The position numbers and the translations under genes are program-made. The notes beneath the pieces were generated by a model. That model worked only from the letters and a program-made list of their open reading frames with translations. It had not been told where the DNA came from and did not search any database. 39,381 bases of DNA from assembly GCA_013239625.1 (NCBI GenBank), contig MU054032.1, positions 744,001 through 783,381 on the forward strand. The letters are read 5' to 3'. Shown here in pieces: positions 12,756-23,300 of the stretch (the first letter of the stretch is position 1; each line of letters starts with the position of its first letter). This DNA comes from Lama guanicoe (Eukaryota).

Positions 12756-14384
12756 CTGCAGACTCCATGGGAGGGGCCCCAGGAGGGGGAGCCCAGAAGC
12801 ACTTTTAGGGAGGGCTCGCTGTCTCCTGCCACGTGCCCCTCTGTACTTGTGGGGCATCAGTTGAAGGGAATCCTGGCAGAGGAGGAGTGTTGGGAAGAGG
12901 CTCTGCTCCAGAAAGCGGCTGATCAATAGAAGCGGGAAGAGTGAGAGCATCGCAGGGCAGCCTGGCCTGGTCCTCGCCCCCTCTGGCTCTAGCTTCCAAC
13001 TGCAGTGAGCAAGCAAAACAGAGGCAGATTGGAAGATGCCCGGTGCCTCACTCCCAAAGCTGGGAGAGACAGGCAGGGGTTGGAAGGGATGCCAGAGAAT
13101 GGTGACAAGGAGAATGTGAAACAGGGGGCAGGGGCTAATGAGGGGGTTGGTGTTGGGGGTTTCGGCTGAGAGTCTGTGACTGTTGGGAAGAGGATGACTC
13201 ATGGAGAGTGCCAGGCCCATGCTGTATTACCCTCACCCTCCTTGGCACAACCTCCTGACATTTTCACAATCGGTGTTTAGAGTGCCAGGACTCTGCAGAC
13301 ATCAGCCCCGCCCTCCTCTCCCATGCGCTGGCTGTTTCTTTGCCCTAGATCTGGGCAGAGGACATGGGTCCCTGTATCTGGGAACCCCAGCTGGTATCAT
13401 TCTCCACCTGCTCTTGTTCTAGACCCTTGTTGCTCACTGTCTAACCTCAGTGCCCACCTGCCTTTGGTAGAGACAGACACTAGCTGCATACGTAACTGGA
13501 GAATGACTCTTGAACTTTGAAATCTTTTTCTGCCCACCTCTGCTTACAATTTCCCACCTGGATTACTTTCTCTTAGAATGGATGAACGCAACTCTGTAAT
13601 TCTTTTCTCCACTCATTTCTCTGTTCTTTGGAGGTCTCCTTCAGAGTTAGCTTTAATTAGCGATCTCCAAGCTGACTGGCTGGGCTAAGCATTAGGGCTG
13701 GAAGCTGCCGAGTTGTTAGGGTTGGGTGAGGACTGAGGGAGGACATGGTGTGAGCGGAGAAGGCTTCTCATACTGGGAAATCTGGCTGGGCTTCAAGAGG
13801 GGGCCGTTGGTGGTGTGGCCAAGTTCCAAATGTTGGCATGAAGCCCACGCTCAAAGAAAAGGGGCCCTCAAGACAGTCTGAATGGCTCCCTGTGGGAAGT
13901 GACCTCCCAGTCCTTCTCCCCAAGGCACAGGGGGTTTTCCCTCGGATCCTCCAAGACCACAGTGGTCAAGCCACTTCTCGAAGGACTCCCCTCGATCACA
14001 TTTCTATTCCTTCTCTCCCAGCCACTCCCAGAGTTCGAACTTTGGCTACAGCCCGAATTCAGAGGCCGGCAGAAGGACTCTAGTGCTGGAGAGGTGGGTG
14101 GGGTGAGAAAGTCCTGAGGCTGTGTGTGTTGGGGAGGAAGAGGCAGGCCCTGGGACGTATGCTCCAAGGCTCTGCTGCCAGATGAGGTGGAGGGAGAAGT
14201 AAACCCTGCAGTGTGTTCTGAAAGTGTTTGCTCCTAAGCTAGACACAGCAGCTGGAAAATGTGTCATCTGGGGGAGCTGGAAAATAGGGGCTCCGGAGGG
14301 AGGGGAAGAAGGACAAAGGGGCTGGAGAAACCTCAGCTTCCACTCAGACAAGGGGCAGTCTTTGCTGGGTCCGGACATTTATCA

Positions 14385-14850
14385 ATTTTTAAAATGTTTT
14401 GAAATTATTTTGAAATAATTACAGATGCAGAGGAAGTTGCAAAAACAGTACATTCCCTTGTGCCCTTCCCCCAGCTCCCCCAGTGGTGACACCATCTGTA
14501 ACTGTGGCATGGTATCAGAACCAGGTTGCTGACGCAGGTACAATTCTGTTAACTAGCCTACAAGCTTTATTCTGTTTCCCCCAGTTTTTTTTATAAGCAT
14601 TCATTCGTGTATGTGTGCACCTGTGTGCGTAGTTCTATGCAATTTTATTTCCCATATAGGTTTGAATAACCACCACCAAAATCAAGATACAGAACTCTTC
14701 ATCCCCATGAAGAAACTCCCTGTGCTATCTTTATATATTAACCCCCCTACCTCCCCATCTCTGTCCTCTAGCGAGCAGTAATCTGTTCCTCATCTCTCCA
14801 GCTCTGTCGTTTTGACAATGTTATATGAGTGGAATCACACGGTATCAGCA
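14385..14850 (-). mobile_element. Ancient L1 (L1MC/L1MD-type) 3' fragment
   Basis: ttttgaaataattacagat...ggaagttgcaaaaacagtaca...aaccaccaccaaaatcaagatacagaac...gttatatgagtggaatcacac typical of an antisense L1M 3' end. Confidence 0.75.
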
Positions 14851-15101
14851 TTTGTTTTAACTTAATGAATTTCCAAACTCCGGACTCAAATACAAAAGTT
14901 CTCTGGCAGGTTATTTATTCTAATATCGAGCTGCCTCCATTATCTGGATTCCTCCAGCTTCTTCATTCCCCTCCTTGACCTCCAATGTTCCTCTCCATTC
15001 CAACAACCTGGTCTCACTTCCCCCTTAGGGAAAACCTACATGTCTAAATGTACCAGGCTGGTCTGGGACTCCTGCACGCTCCCCCGCCCTCCCTCTCCCC
15101 A

Positions 15102-15111
15102 CTATTTATAG
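15102..15111. promoter_or_regulatory. MEF2 consensus site upstream of ITGA7
   Basis: CTATTTATAG is a perfect CTA(A/T)4TAG, next to a GC box (ccccgccc). Confidence 0.55.
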
Positions 15112-16849
15112 CCAGGCTAATTTTGGGCGGCCTCTCTCTCTTTTTTCCTGCTCCTTCCTCCTGTGGCGGGTGAGGTGACTTCTCAAATATTTGGGCAGAG
15201 GAGGTCAGAAGCAGATTCTTGGCATCTGATTTCAGGCTCAGATTGAGCAGGAGCTGGTGGAGTGGAGTTGGAGGGAGGCAGAAGCTGCAGATGCAGACAG
15301 AGAAGAAGGCAGCTGGGGCTCTGAAGGCATTTTGAGCCCGGTTGGATGTTTGGGCTGAGAGTCCAGAGTTTCAGGTTCTACCCTGATTTCGCTCCTCTGC
15401 ATTCTCATATTAGCTCTTATCTGTTGCCTGGGCTCTGAGATAGTAAAGGGATGGAGAGGGCATATCTGGAGGATAATAAAAGTAGGATCTCGGGGTCAGC
15501 CTGCTGTATTACCTTGATAGCACCTGTGTAGAGGTGTGCCAGTCCCCTGGAGGTCTGCAGGGGGAGTGTTGCAAAAATGGAGACCCAAACCTTCAAATGT
15601 ATAGTAACTTACCCAGGGCAAGGACTGTCCCAGGGCCAGCAGAGTGAGAGCCTACCTCTTTGTTTGTTTGTTTGTTATTTTGGTATAATCCTGGACAAAG
15701 AAGTAAGAGAGTGAAAGGGATATGGGAAGAAGAATTAGGGAAAACATGTATGGGAGCTTTTAAGAAAGGAAGAGAGAAGAGAGAATCTTAAGAATATGGG
15801 AGTGTTTGAAGGGTAGAGAAGACATTAGAGACATTGAGAAATAGTCTAGAAAGATTCCAAGTGACAGAGACAAGACAGGGGACAAAGATAGAGCTGGGGA
15901 TGAGACAAAACCAGAGAATGAGAGAGAGAAGGGAAAGATGGACAGATGGATACACTCAAGATCAACACCTGGTAAGAAAGAGAACTAGGAAGGGGAGACG
16001 GAGCAAGCGAGGTTCCAGTTGTGCCAAGTTATTTCCTATCTCTCCTGCTGGCCCCATTTCTGGATTGGAGTTATAAATAGCAGAGTTGGAAAATGTCCTC
16101 TCTCCCTTTGCCTTTGTCTCAGCCTGGGGGATGGGGAGAGGAGACACAGAGGGACAGGCCTGCCGGTCCCCAGGGACATCCCTGGAAAGCCCCAGCTAGC
16201 CCCTGCCCAGGCCGGCCCAGGACTCTGCCTCCTCCAATCCCTTCCCTTTTTGAGGGTGGGAAATGTACCCTGGGAAGGGTCTGGAAGCTGGAGGCAGCCT
16301 TCCCTTTCCTCTACCTCTAGGGTCCAATCTCTCTCATCTTCCTCCTTCTTTGACAGCCCCTCCTCCCCCCCACTTAATTTCCTCTTCCTGGATCAGTCTT
16401 TTCCTTGTTTTCTCCTTTCATTCTGCCCTTGTTGATCGAACTCTTGCCCTTCTTTCTCCATCTCTTTTCTCTTTCTGTTTTCTTTCTTCTTGCCTCCTTT
16501 GCTCCCCTCTCCAGGCCTGCTCAGTTTTACTCTCTTCGTGCCTGTCTTTTCCTCTGTTCCCCTGAAGTCTATCGACGCGGTTAGCACAGCCGTTGCCACT
16601 GCTGGGCTCTGAGGGGTGGATGGAATGGGATGGGAGAGGGTGTGACTCGAACAGCAGAAGAGGTGCTCTGTGTGTCCATGGGGAGAAGGGAGCATTAAGG
16701 CACCACACCGGACTCAGGCCCGAGACCACTTACCCTTTCATCACCCTTTTCTGTCTGCATCTCTCTTCCCAGACTGGCCTTTAGCCTCATCCACTTCTCA
16801 TCTCTCCAGCGTCCCCTTCTCTTTTTTGGCCCCTTTCTATCCGAATTTC

Positions 16850-17348
16850 TACGCTCCCCCCCCAAACCCCGCCCCATTCCTAATCGCCTCTTGCACCACT
16901 CGCAGGCTTGGGCAGGAGTGGGAGGAAGGGGAGACCGCTGGCGAGGGCGGTGCCGGAGCTGAGTTGGGGCTGGGGGGCTGGAGAGGGAGCAAGGTCAGTT
17001 CCCACCCGGAGCTGCCCGCCTGAGCATCCCTCAAAGACTCCCGGCGGCCTCCACCTGCCGCGGCACCGAAGGGCGGGGCAAGGGCGGGGCGAGGGCGGGG
17101 CGAGGGTGGCATCCCTAGGGGCGGAGGCGGGAGCCCGAGTGGACGCCGGGCTGCTGCTGCTGCTGCATGCGTCCTGGCCAGTGCTGGGGCGGCGGAGCGT
17201 CAGAAGAGGGGTGACGAGGCGAGAGATTGGGAGACCCCCTGAAGGAACAGCGAGACTCGGAGACCAGAGACTCGCCCTGGAAGACCTGGGGCTCGGGGCG
17301 CGAGCGTATTTCATTGCGTTCTCAGGGGGAGTGCGCGGGGTTCGCCCC
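16850..17348 (+). promoter_or_regulatory. ITGA7: ITGA7 TATA-less CpG promoter and 5' UTR with GC-box array
   Basis: CpG-rich, three tandem GGGCGGGG boxes at 17071-17100, directly upstream of the signal-peptide exon. Confidence 0.7.
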
Positions 17349-17379
17349 ATGGCCGGGACTCGCCCCATGGCCGGGACTC
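17342..17379 (+). repeat. ITGA7: Perfect 18-nt tandem duplication containing the ITGA7 start codon
   Basis: tcgccccATGgccgggac at 17342-17359 and again at 17360-17377 (match continues to 17379). Confidence 0.95.
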
Positions 17380-20300
17380 CGGGCCGCGATCCTTGGGGGG
17401 CCCCTGGGATTTATTACCTTCTCGGCTCCCTGCTCGCCGGACTGCTCTCCCCGGGGGCTGTAGCCTTCAATCTGGACGTGATGGGCGCCCTGCGCAAGGA
17501 GGGCGAGCGGGGGAGCCCCTTCGGCTTCTCTGTGGCTCTGCACCGGCAATTGCAGCCCCGACCCCAGAGCTGGTGAGTCACCGCACCCGCCCAGAATACC
17601 CGTGCCCGAGCCACAGTCTCCCCCAACCCCCTGCCCCATCTCTCAATCTTCGAACCCCACCAATACTCTTAGACTGACCACAGATACCCCACACCCCAGC
17701 CTGGAGCTTTGTCTCATCTGTTTTGGGTCTGAGACCGAGGGTCTTGCTTTGGGGATGGGTTTGAGACCAAGGTTCTTGTCTTGGCCAGGAGCCACCTCCT
17801 TTTGCCTTTCACCCAACTTGCATCCTTGTTCCAGTCCCAGGGCCTGTGGCGCCCCTCCTTCAGGGGGCTGAACTCCCCCAGGGAGGGAGATTGAGCGTTT
17901 TGCCTCTGCTTAGGGCAGAAGAGCGAAAGGACAGAGGTTGAAGGTGCCATGGGAGGGATGGAAGGTAGACTCCATAAATATCTTCTTGCTAGAGTAGTGC
18001 CATGGGGTGGGGTGAGAGCAGCAGCACACTGGGAAGCCAGGAGAGACCTGCTGCTTCTGTGGCTCAAGACCACGGGGAAGGCTGGGAGAAGAGGCTCGGA
18101 AGACCTGAGGGCGGGGGTAGTCTGGCAATCTGCACTAGGTGGTTTGGTGATCGAGAGTGGCAGAGAACAGAGCCCCCCAAAGCTGTAGCAGCAGCGGCAG
18201 CAGCAGTGAGGGGGATCCAGGAAGGATGCTGGCCAGGCGGTTCCCTTTTCTCCTCCTCAGGAAATTTCCAGTTCCAGGAATCTCAGCAGTGGGGGAAGGC
18301 GGGGAGGAGTGAGGGGCAGAGGACAATTCTGGTTAGTTTCTGATCAGTTTGGGACCCGAGGGAGAAGGACACAGTTGTGTGTGGGGCCTGTGACTGTCAT
18401 GCTTCTTGTGCAGTTGGCTCCTGCTCTGGTGTACCATTTGAAAAAGAGGCAGGAAGGGGAAGAAAGCTTCCCACCCCTTCCCGCCGGGGGCGGGGGGCTT
18501 TTCTCTCCTAGGCCAGACCCTAAGCCACACTAAGTGTCCATTACTGGGATCAGTGCTACCCACTGGGACTCTCCTCTCCCCACTGCTGTTGCCCTGGGGG
18601 CAGAGGGTAGGAACCAGAGCTCATTTCCCTTGCCTTGTTCAGGGAGGAGGGGCTAGCTCTGATCTTTCTTCTTCCATTACCTTTGTCATTAGGGAGCAGG
18701 GTCAGTGGTCCCCCGAACTTTGGGAGTGATAGAAAGCTACTGACTTCATCTCTTCTTCAGCCTTCTCTCTGCTTCCTCCCTCATCTCTGTCTCCCTCCCA
18801 TCCCCCCTCTCCCCGCATCTGCCAGAGTTCCAGGACTGGAGGCCTTTTTAGGACATGCTGAACTCTCTGAGCTATTTCCAGGCAAATTCTAGGTTATTTT
18901 TAATAGCTTGGTCTCTTGTCATTTCCCCTTCATCTCTGAAGGTGGCCCCTGATTCTGTCTCCCAGAGCCAAGCTTGGGGCATTCCCAGAGGGGCCTGACC
19001 CCCTCACCCTGCTCTTGCTCCAGCAGGGGGCACTCCGCTATCTGGTGGCACATGAGAGGCCAGGTACCTTGCTAAGCCCCCGGGCTTTGGAGTTGCAATT
19101 CACTTGCCCCAGAATTTGCTGATTGAAAACCTTACCTATTTTGATGTCTTTCGATCTGGCCCCGGGATGAGACTTTGAAGTTTAACCTTCTTTGCGCTGT
19201 GGTTTCAGCCTCATTTATTTCCATCAACTGTAAAATGGAGATGAACAATAGTACAACCATATAGAGTTGTGGGCATTGAAAGAGTTCTTAATATATGGAA
19301 AATGCTGGGAATAGCACAGGCCTGTAGTGGGCGCTATGACAGTGCTGGTACTTTTATTCTTGTGTAGTGATCCATGGAGCTGGAGAGTAGCTTTAGTGCC
19401 TTACAGTGAGCCCTGATCCAACGGCTTGGCTAGAGCACCCCCTGGGCTGAGCCAACCTTCCAGGCAGAGCACCCTCCCCAGAGGGCCACCCAGACTGAGA
19501 GTCAGAGAGGGCTGGACTGGATCGGAGGCTGGAGTGTGTGGGAAGGTGAGAGGTGCCGAGGTAGTGGGTTACTCCTTCGCCTCCACTAAGCCAGGCTCCC
19601 AAGGAGTCCCTTGCTCCCAGCTGCCAGCATGTCTTTGTCTTTCTCTCTGCAGTGGCTGCAGCTGTGGCTACTGTCCTGTCCAGAGGCCTGGGGTGGCGAG
19701 GACCGTGGGATGAAGTCAGGAAGGAGTGTGTGGCAGGGGCAGAGGTGGAGGGACTGGAGTGGCTGCATGTGGGAACTCTTGTTCCAGGAGGCATGGTCTG
19801 TTCTGTTCTCCACTGCGTGGGGCTGGGCATAGCTATGCACTCAGCTTCTCTCCTCCAGGTGCATCCCCCAGCCCGACCCCAGCTCGTGATCTCCAGGGGA
19901 GATGTGAGCACTGAGCACTGGTTGTTCACTTCTCCTGGTACTTAGTTATGCACAGACCAGCTGAGGCATTGGTTGCCTCCGTGAGCCTACATAATGTGCG
20001 GGTTCAGTGAACACATCCAGACACCTCCCAGGGGGCAAGTGCAAAGATGAATAAGACAGTCCCGGTCCTCCAAGGGGTCACCATTCCTGTGTGTGGAGGT
20101 GAGGCACTGCAGACTTGTCCAAAGGTTGGCCATGCCACTCAGTTTCTTCTTCTGCTCAGGGTACCCTCCTCTCCCCATCCCCGTCTCCCTTTTCTGGAGG
20201 TGGCCAGTCATTGAGTGTGGTGGAAAAGTCACGGGTACTGGAGTTAGGCAGATGTAGGTTTGAATTCTAGCATACTACTAATGTCTCTGGGCAAGTTTCC

Positions 20301-23300
20301 TCATCTGAAAGACAGGAGAAGAATCCTTACATAGGATTGTTGTGAAGGTTAAATGAGCTGGTGAAGGTAACCTGCCTGGCCTGGTGCCCGGCACCCAGTA
20401 GAGAACCTGTTTATTTTTTTAATCGAAGTATAGTCAGTTTACAATGTCGTGTCAATTTCTGGTCAGTAGAGAGTCTTATACGTTAGTTCCTCATATCCCT
20501 GGCATCTAGCCTAGGGCTGGGTCTGACCGTAGTAGGTGCTGACTAAATATTACTTCCTTGTCTCATCAGTGCCTGACACAGGGCTCGGCAGGTGATAGAT
20601 TCTCAATAAATAGTTGTGAATGAGTGCCCAGTGTCTGCTCTCTTCCCTTGAACTTCCCACCCCTTTCTCTCTCTTGACACTGGCTCTGACATGGGATGAC
20701 AGCTGCGAAGAGAAAGGAGTTATGGGAAGGGAGAATGGCTCTGTGCCCCATCAGAACTGGCATGGTGCCCTGTGAATGCCTGTCTGCAATATTGCCCTGC
20801 ACAGCTTTGGTCCTTGGCCCTCAGCAAGGGAGACGGAGGGAAAGAGTGTAGGAGAGAGGCCTTGGGGTTTGCTCTGCTGCCGCTTTGAGTCTCTTCCTCT
20901 ATGAAGAGAGGATCCTTGTAGCCAGCTAGGTGCCTGTCACCTTGCCTCACTCTCTCCTTCACTCCTGGTCCAGGGGTTCAGCCCTAGGGGACCCAGGCAG
21001 CCTCCATTCCCAGCACAGTCCTTCCCTGGGGAAGAAGACTTGGCTGTGATCATGGAAAATTGTCCTGCCAAGAAAGTTGTATCTGGGAAAGCGTCCGAGG
21101 GGGAGGTAGGAGAGAAGACTGGGTGGGGGCAGGGTGGGTGGGAGAAGTGGGGAAAATCATGGACGTGGGGAGGAGAAGGGAGGATGGGGAAGGGGATTCA
21201 GGATGTGGGGGGAGAATGGGCAGGAATGGAGGCACTTGCCCCTACCTCCATGCCAGCCGGAATGACCGATAGAATCCTGGGCCGGCAGGATTGCTGGTGG
21301 TTGGGTGAGTCCTTGATGGGCCCCCGATGACGGGGTGGGGGAGGCAGAGCCATTTCTAGTCTCTTGCTTGGCTTCCAAAGCTGGTTCCTAGGCCACCTTA
21401 TGGTGCCAGTCTGGGCTCCTGTTACTTTTGCTCCCAGCATTCTTGGCATTTCTGGGAAGGTTTCAACTGACCCATGGCTGAGGAGGAGGGCAGAGCTTGG
21501 GGATGGGGCCAGGGAGTGGGTAGGGAAGGCCTGGTCAGAAACAGGTGTTGGGAACAGGCGGTTCTTTCAAACTAGCAGTGCTGGCCAGGCTACTTGAGTT
21601 GGGGTGTGTGTGTGTGTATGTGTGTGCGTGCGTGTGTGTATACCATGTACGTGGTCTCTCATCGAGATAATATGTGCGTACGTAATGTGATGGTTGCATG
21701 GCCAAGTGTACTAATTTGCCCTTACCAGGACATGGGAAAACTGACGTTTGGCCCTTTTCCTGAGTCCTCCAACACTCTGCCTGGTACCAAGGAGCTGGGC
21801 CTGGGCAGCTCTGGGGAGGTGAAGGGCTCCGGCCACTAACTCCTGCCCCGTCGCGCAGGCTGCTGGCGGGCGCTCCCCAGGCTCTGGCTCTGCCTGGGCA
21901 GCAGGCGAATCGCACCGGAGGACTCTTCGCCTGCCCCCTGAGCCTGGAGGAGACTGACTGCTCCAGGGTGGACATCGACCGGGGAGGTGAGGGCCTTGTG
22001 GGGGTCGGGTGGGGGGAAGCACATGACGGGGGGAGGGGAGGCCCCTCCACTCCCCTCCCCTAATTCCCCGAATCCTGCCTCTAGCGGATGTGCAGAAGGA
22101 GAGTAAGGAGAACCAGTGGTTGGGAGTCAGTGTTCGGAGCCAGGGGCCTGGGGGCAAGATTGTTGTGAGTACTACAGGTTTTTTCACTTTTAATATTTAC
22201 CATTTTTATTGAAAAAAGTCACAAAAGTTAATTTTTAAAAAGAGGGAGAAATAGTTTGACTCTGTAATAGTAATATAATTGCGGTGAGTACATCTTCTGC
22301 CTGTATGCAAGGGTGGTGTGTGTGTGTGTGTGTGTGTGTGTGTAGTGTGTATATACACAGATGTGCTTACAGAACTCAGGTTGGCCATACGGTGTGATGG
22401 TCTGGTTCCCAGGACCTCAGGGAGATATAAAAAAGCATAAGACACAGTCCCTGTCCTTATAAATTTAAAAACATCTAACTGCTCATTCATCCACTCATTT
22501 GTCAAACTCAGGTGTTGTGCTAGTTGCTGAGAGAGGACAGGTGAACACAGGGAAAAGCCTGGCCCGTGCCTCAGCTAGCCTGCTGCCTAGCTGCAGAGAT
22601 TCTCATTCTCTCTTTCTCTGTGTCTGTTTCTCTCTTTCTCTGTGTCATCGCTAACACGCACAAACACAATAATACAAGTCACTACGGGGCAGAGCGTGGT
22701 TAATGTTAAGTGAGTGGTACAGTCCCCAGTCTATAAAAGTCCGAGGGAGGAAAGGAGAGAAAAGACTCCTGCAGGTGGGGGTGATTTGAGCCAGGATTTC
22801 AAGAATAAGCAATGCTTGGAGAGTGGAGAAGGAAGGAAGCTCTTTGCAGATGAGGTGGTGGCACTTGGAAAGGGTTAGAGGCAGGACCAAGCTGGGCACG
22901 TTGGGGATTGTCTCATCTGGCGGGATCAAGGAGGCACGAGTTCTGTGTGCTGGCTTCGTTGTGCTGTGGGCAGCCGGGCAGAACGTGGAGCAAGGGTTTC
23001 TCCCTCCAGGGCTGGGAAGCGGGTGCAGACAGGGTAGGATGGGGGTCCTGTATATACCTGCCTAACACTGGCTGGGTAGTGGTACCCAAGTGATGCTGGC
23101 AGAGGAGTGTGTGGATGTGTGCACACAAACCAGTGTCTGCCAAACATGTGCATGTGTGTATGTGGGTCAAGTAGGTCCCCAGCCCATGCACTAGAATGAC
23201 GGCTCCTTTCCTCGCACAGACCTGTGCACACCGATACGAGTCGCGTCAGCGAGTGGACCAGATCCTGGAGACAAGGGATGTGATTGGTCGCTGCTTTGTG

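Noticed and set aside
15690..16570. GA-rich block followed by a CT-rich block upstream of ITGA7 (possible hairpin or triplex)
   Set aside because: Only low-complexity compositional complementarity; I found no long exact inverted or mirror repeat by eye.
16908..17348. Long in-frame open stretch upstream of the ITGA7 ATG (222-aa ORF call)
   Set aside because: Starts at TTG, runs through GC-rich promoter sequence where stops are rare, and would bury the signal peptide.
20605..20610. Sense AATAAA in ITGA7 intron 1
   Set aside because: Part of an L2 tail; no terminal-exon acceptor or other evidence of use.
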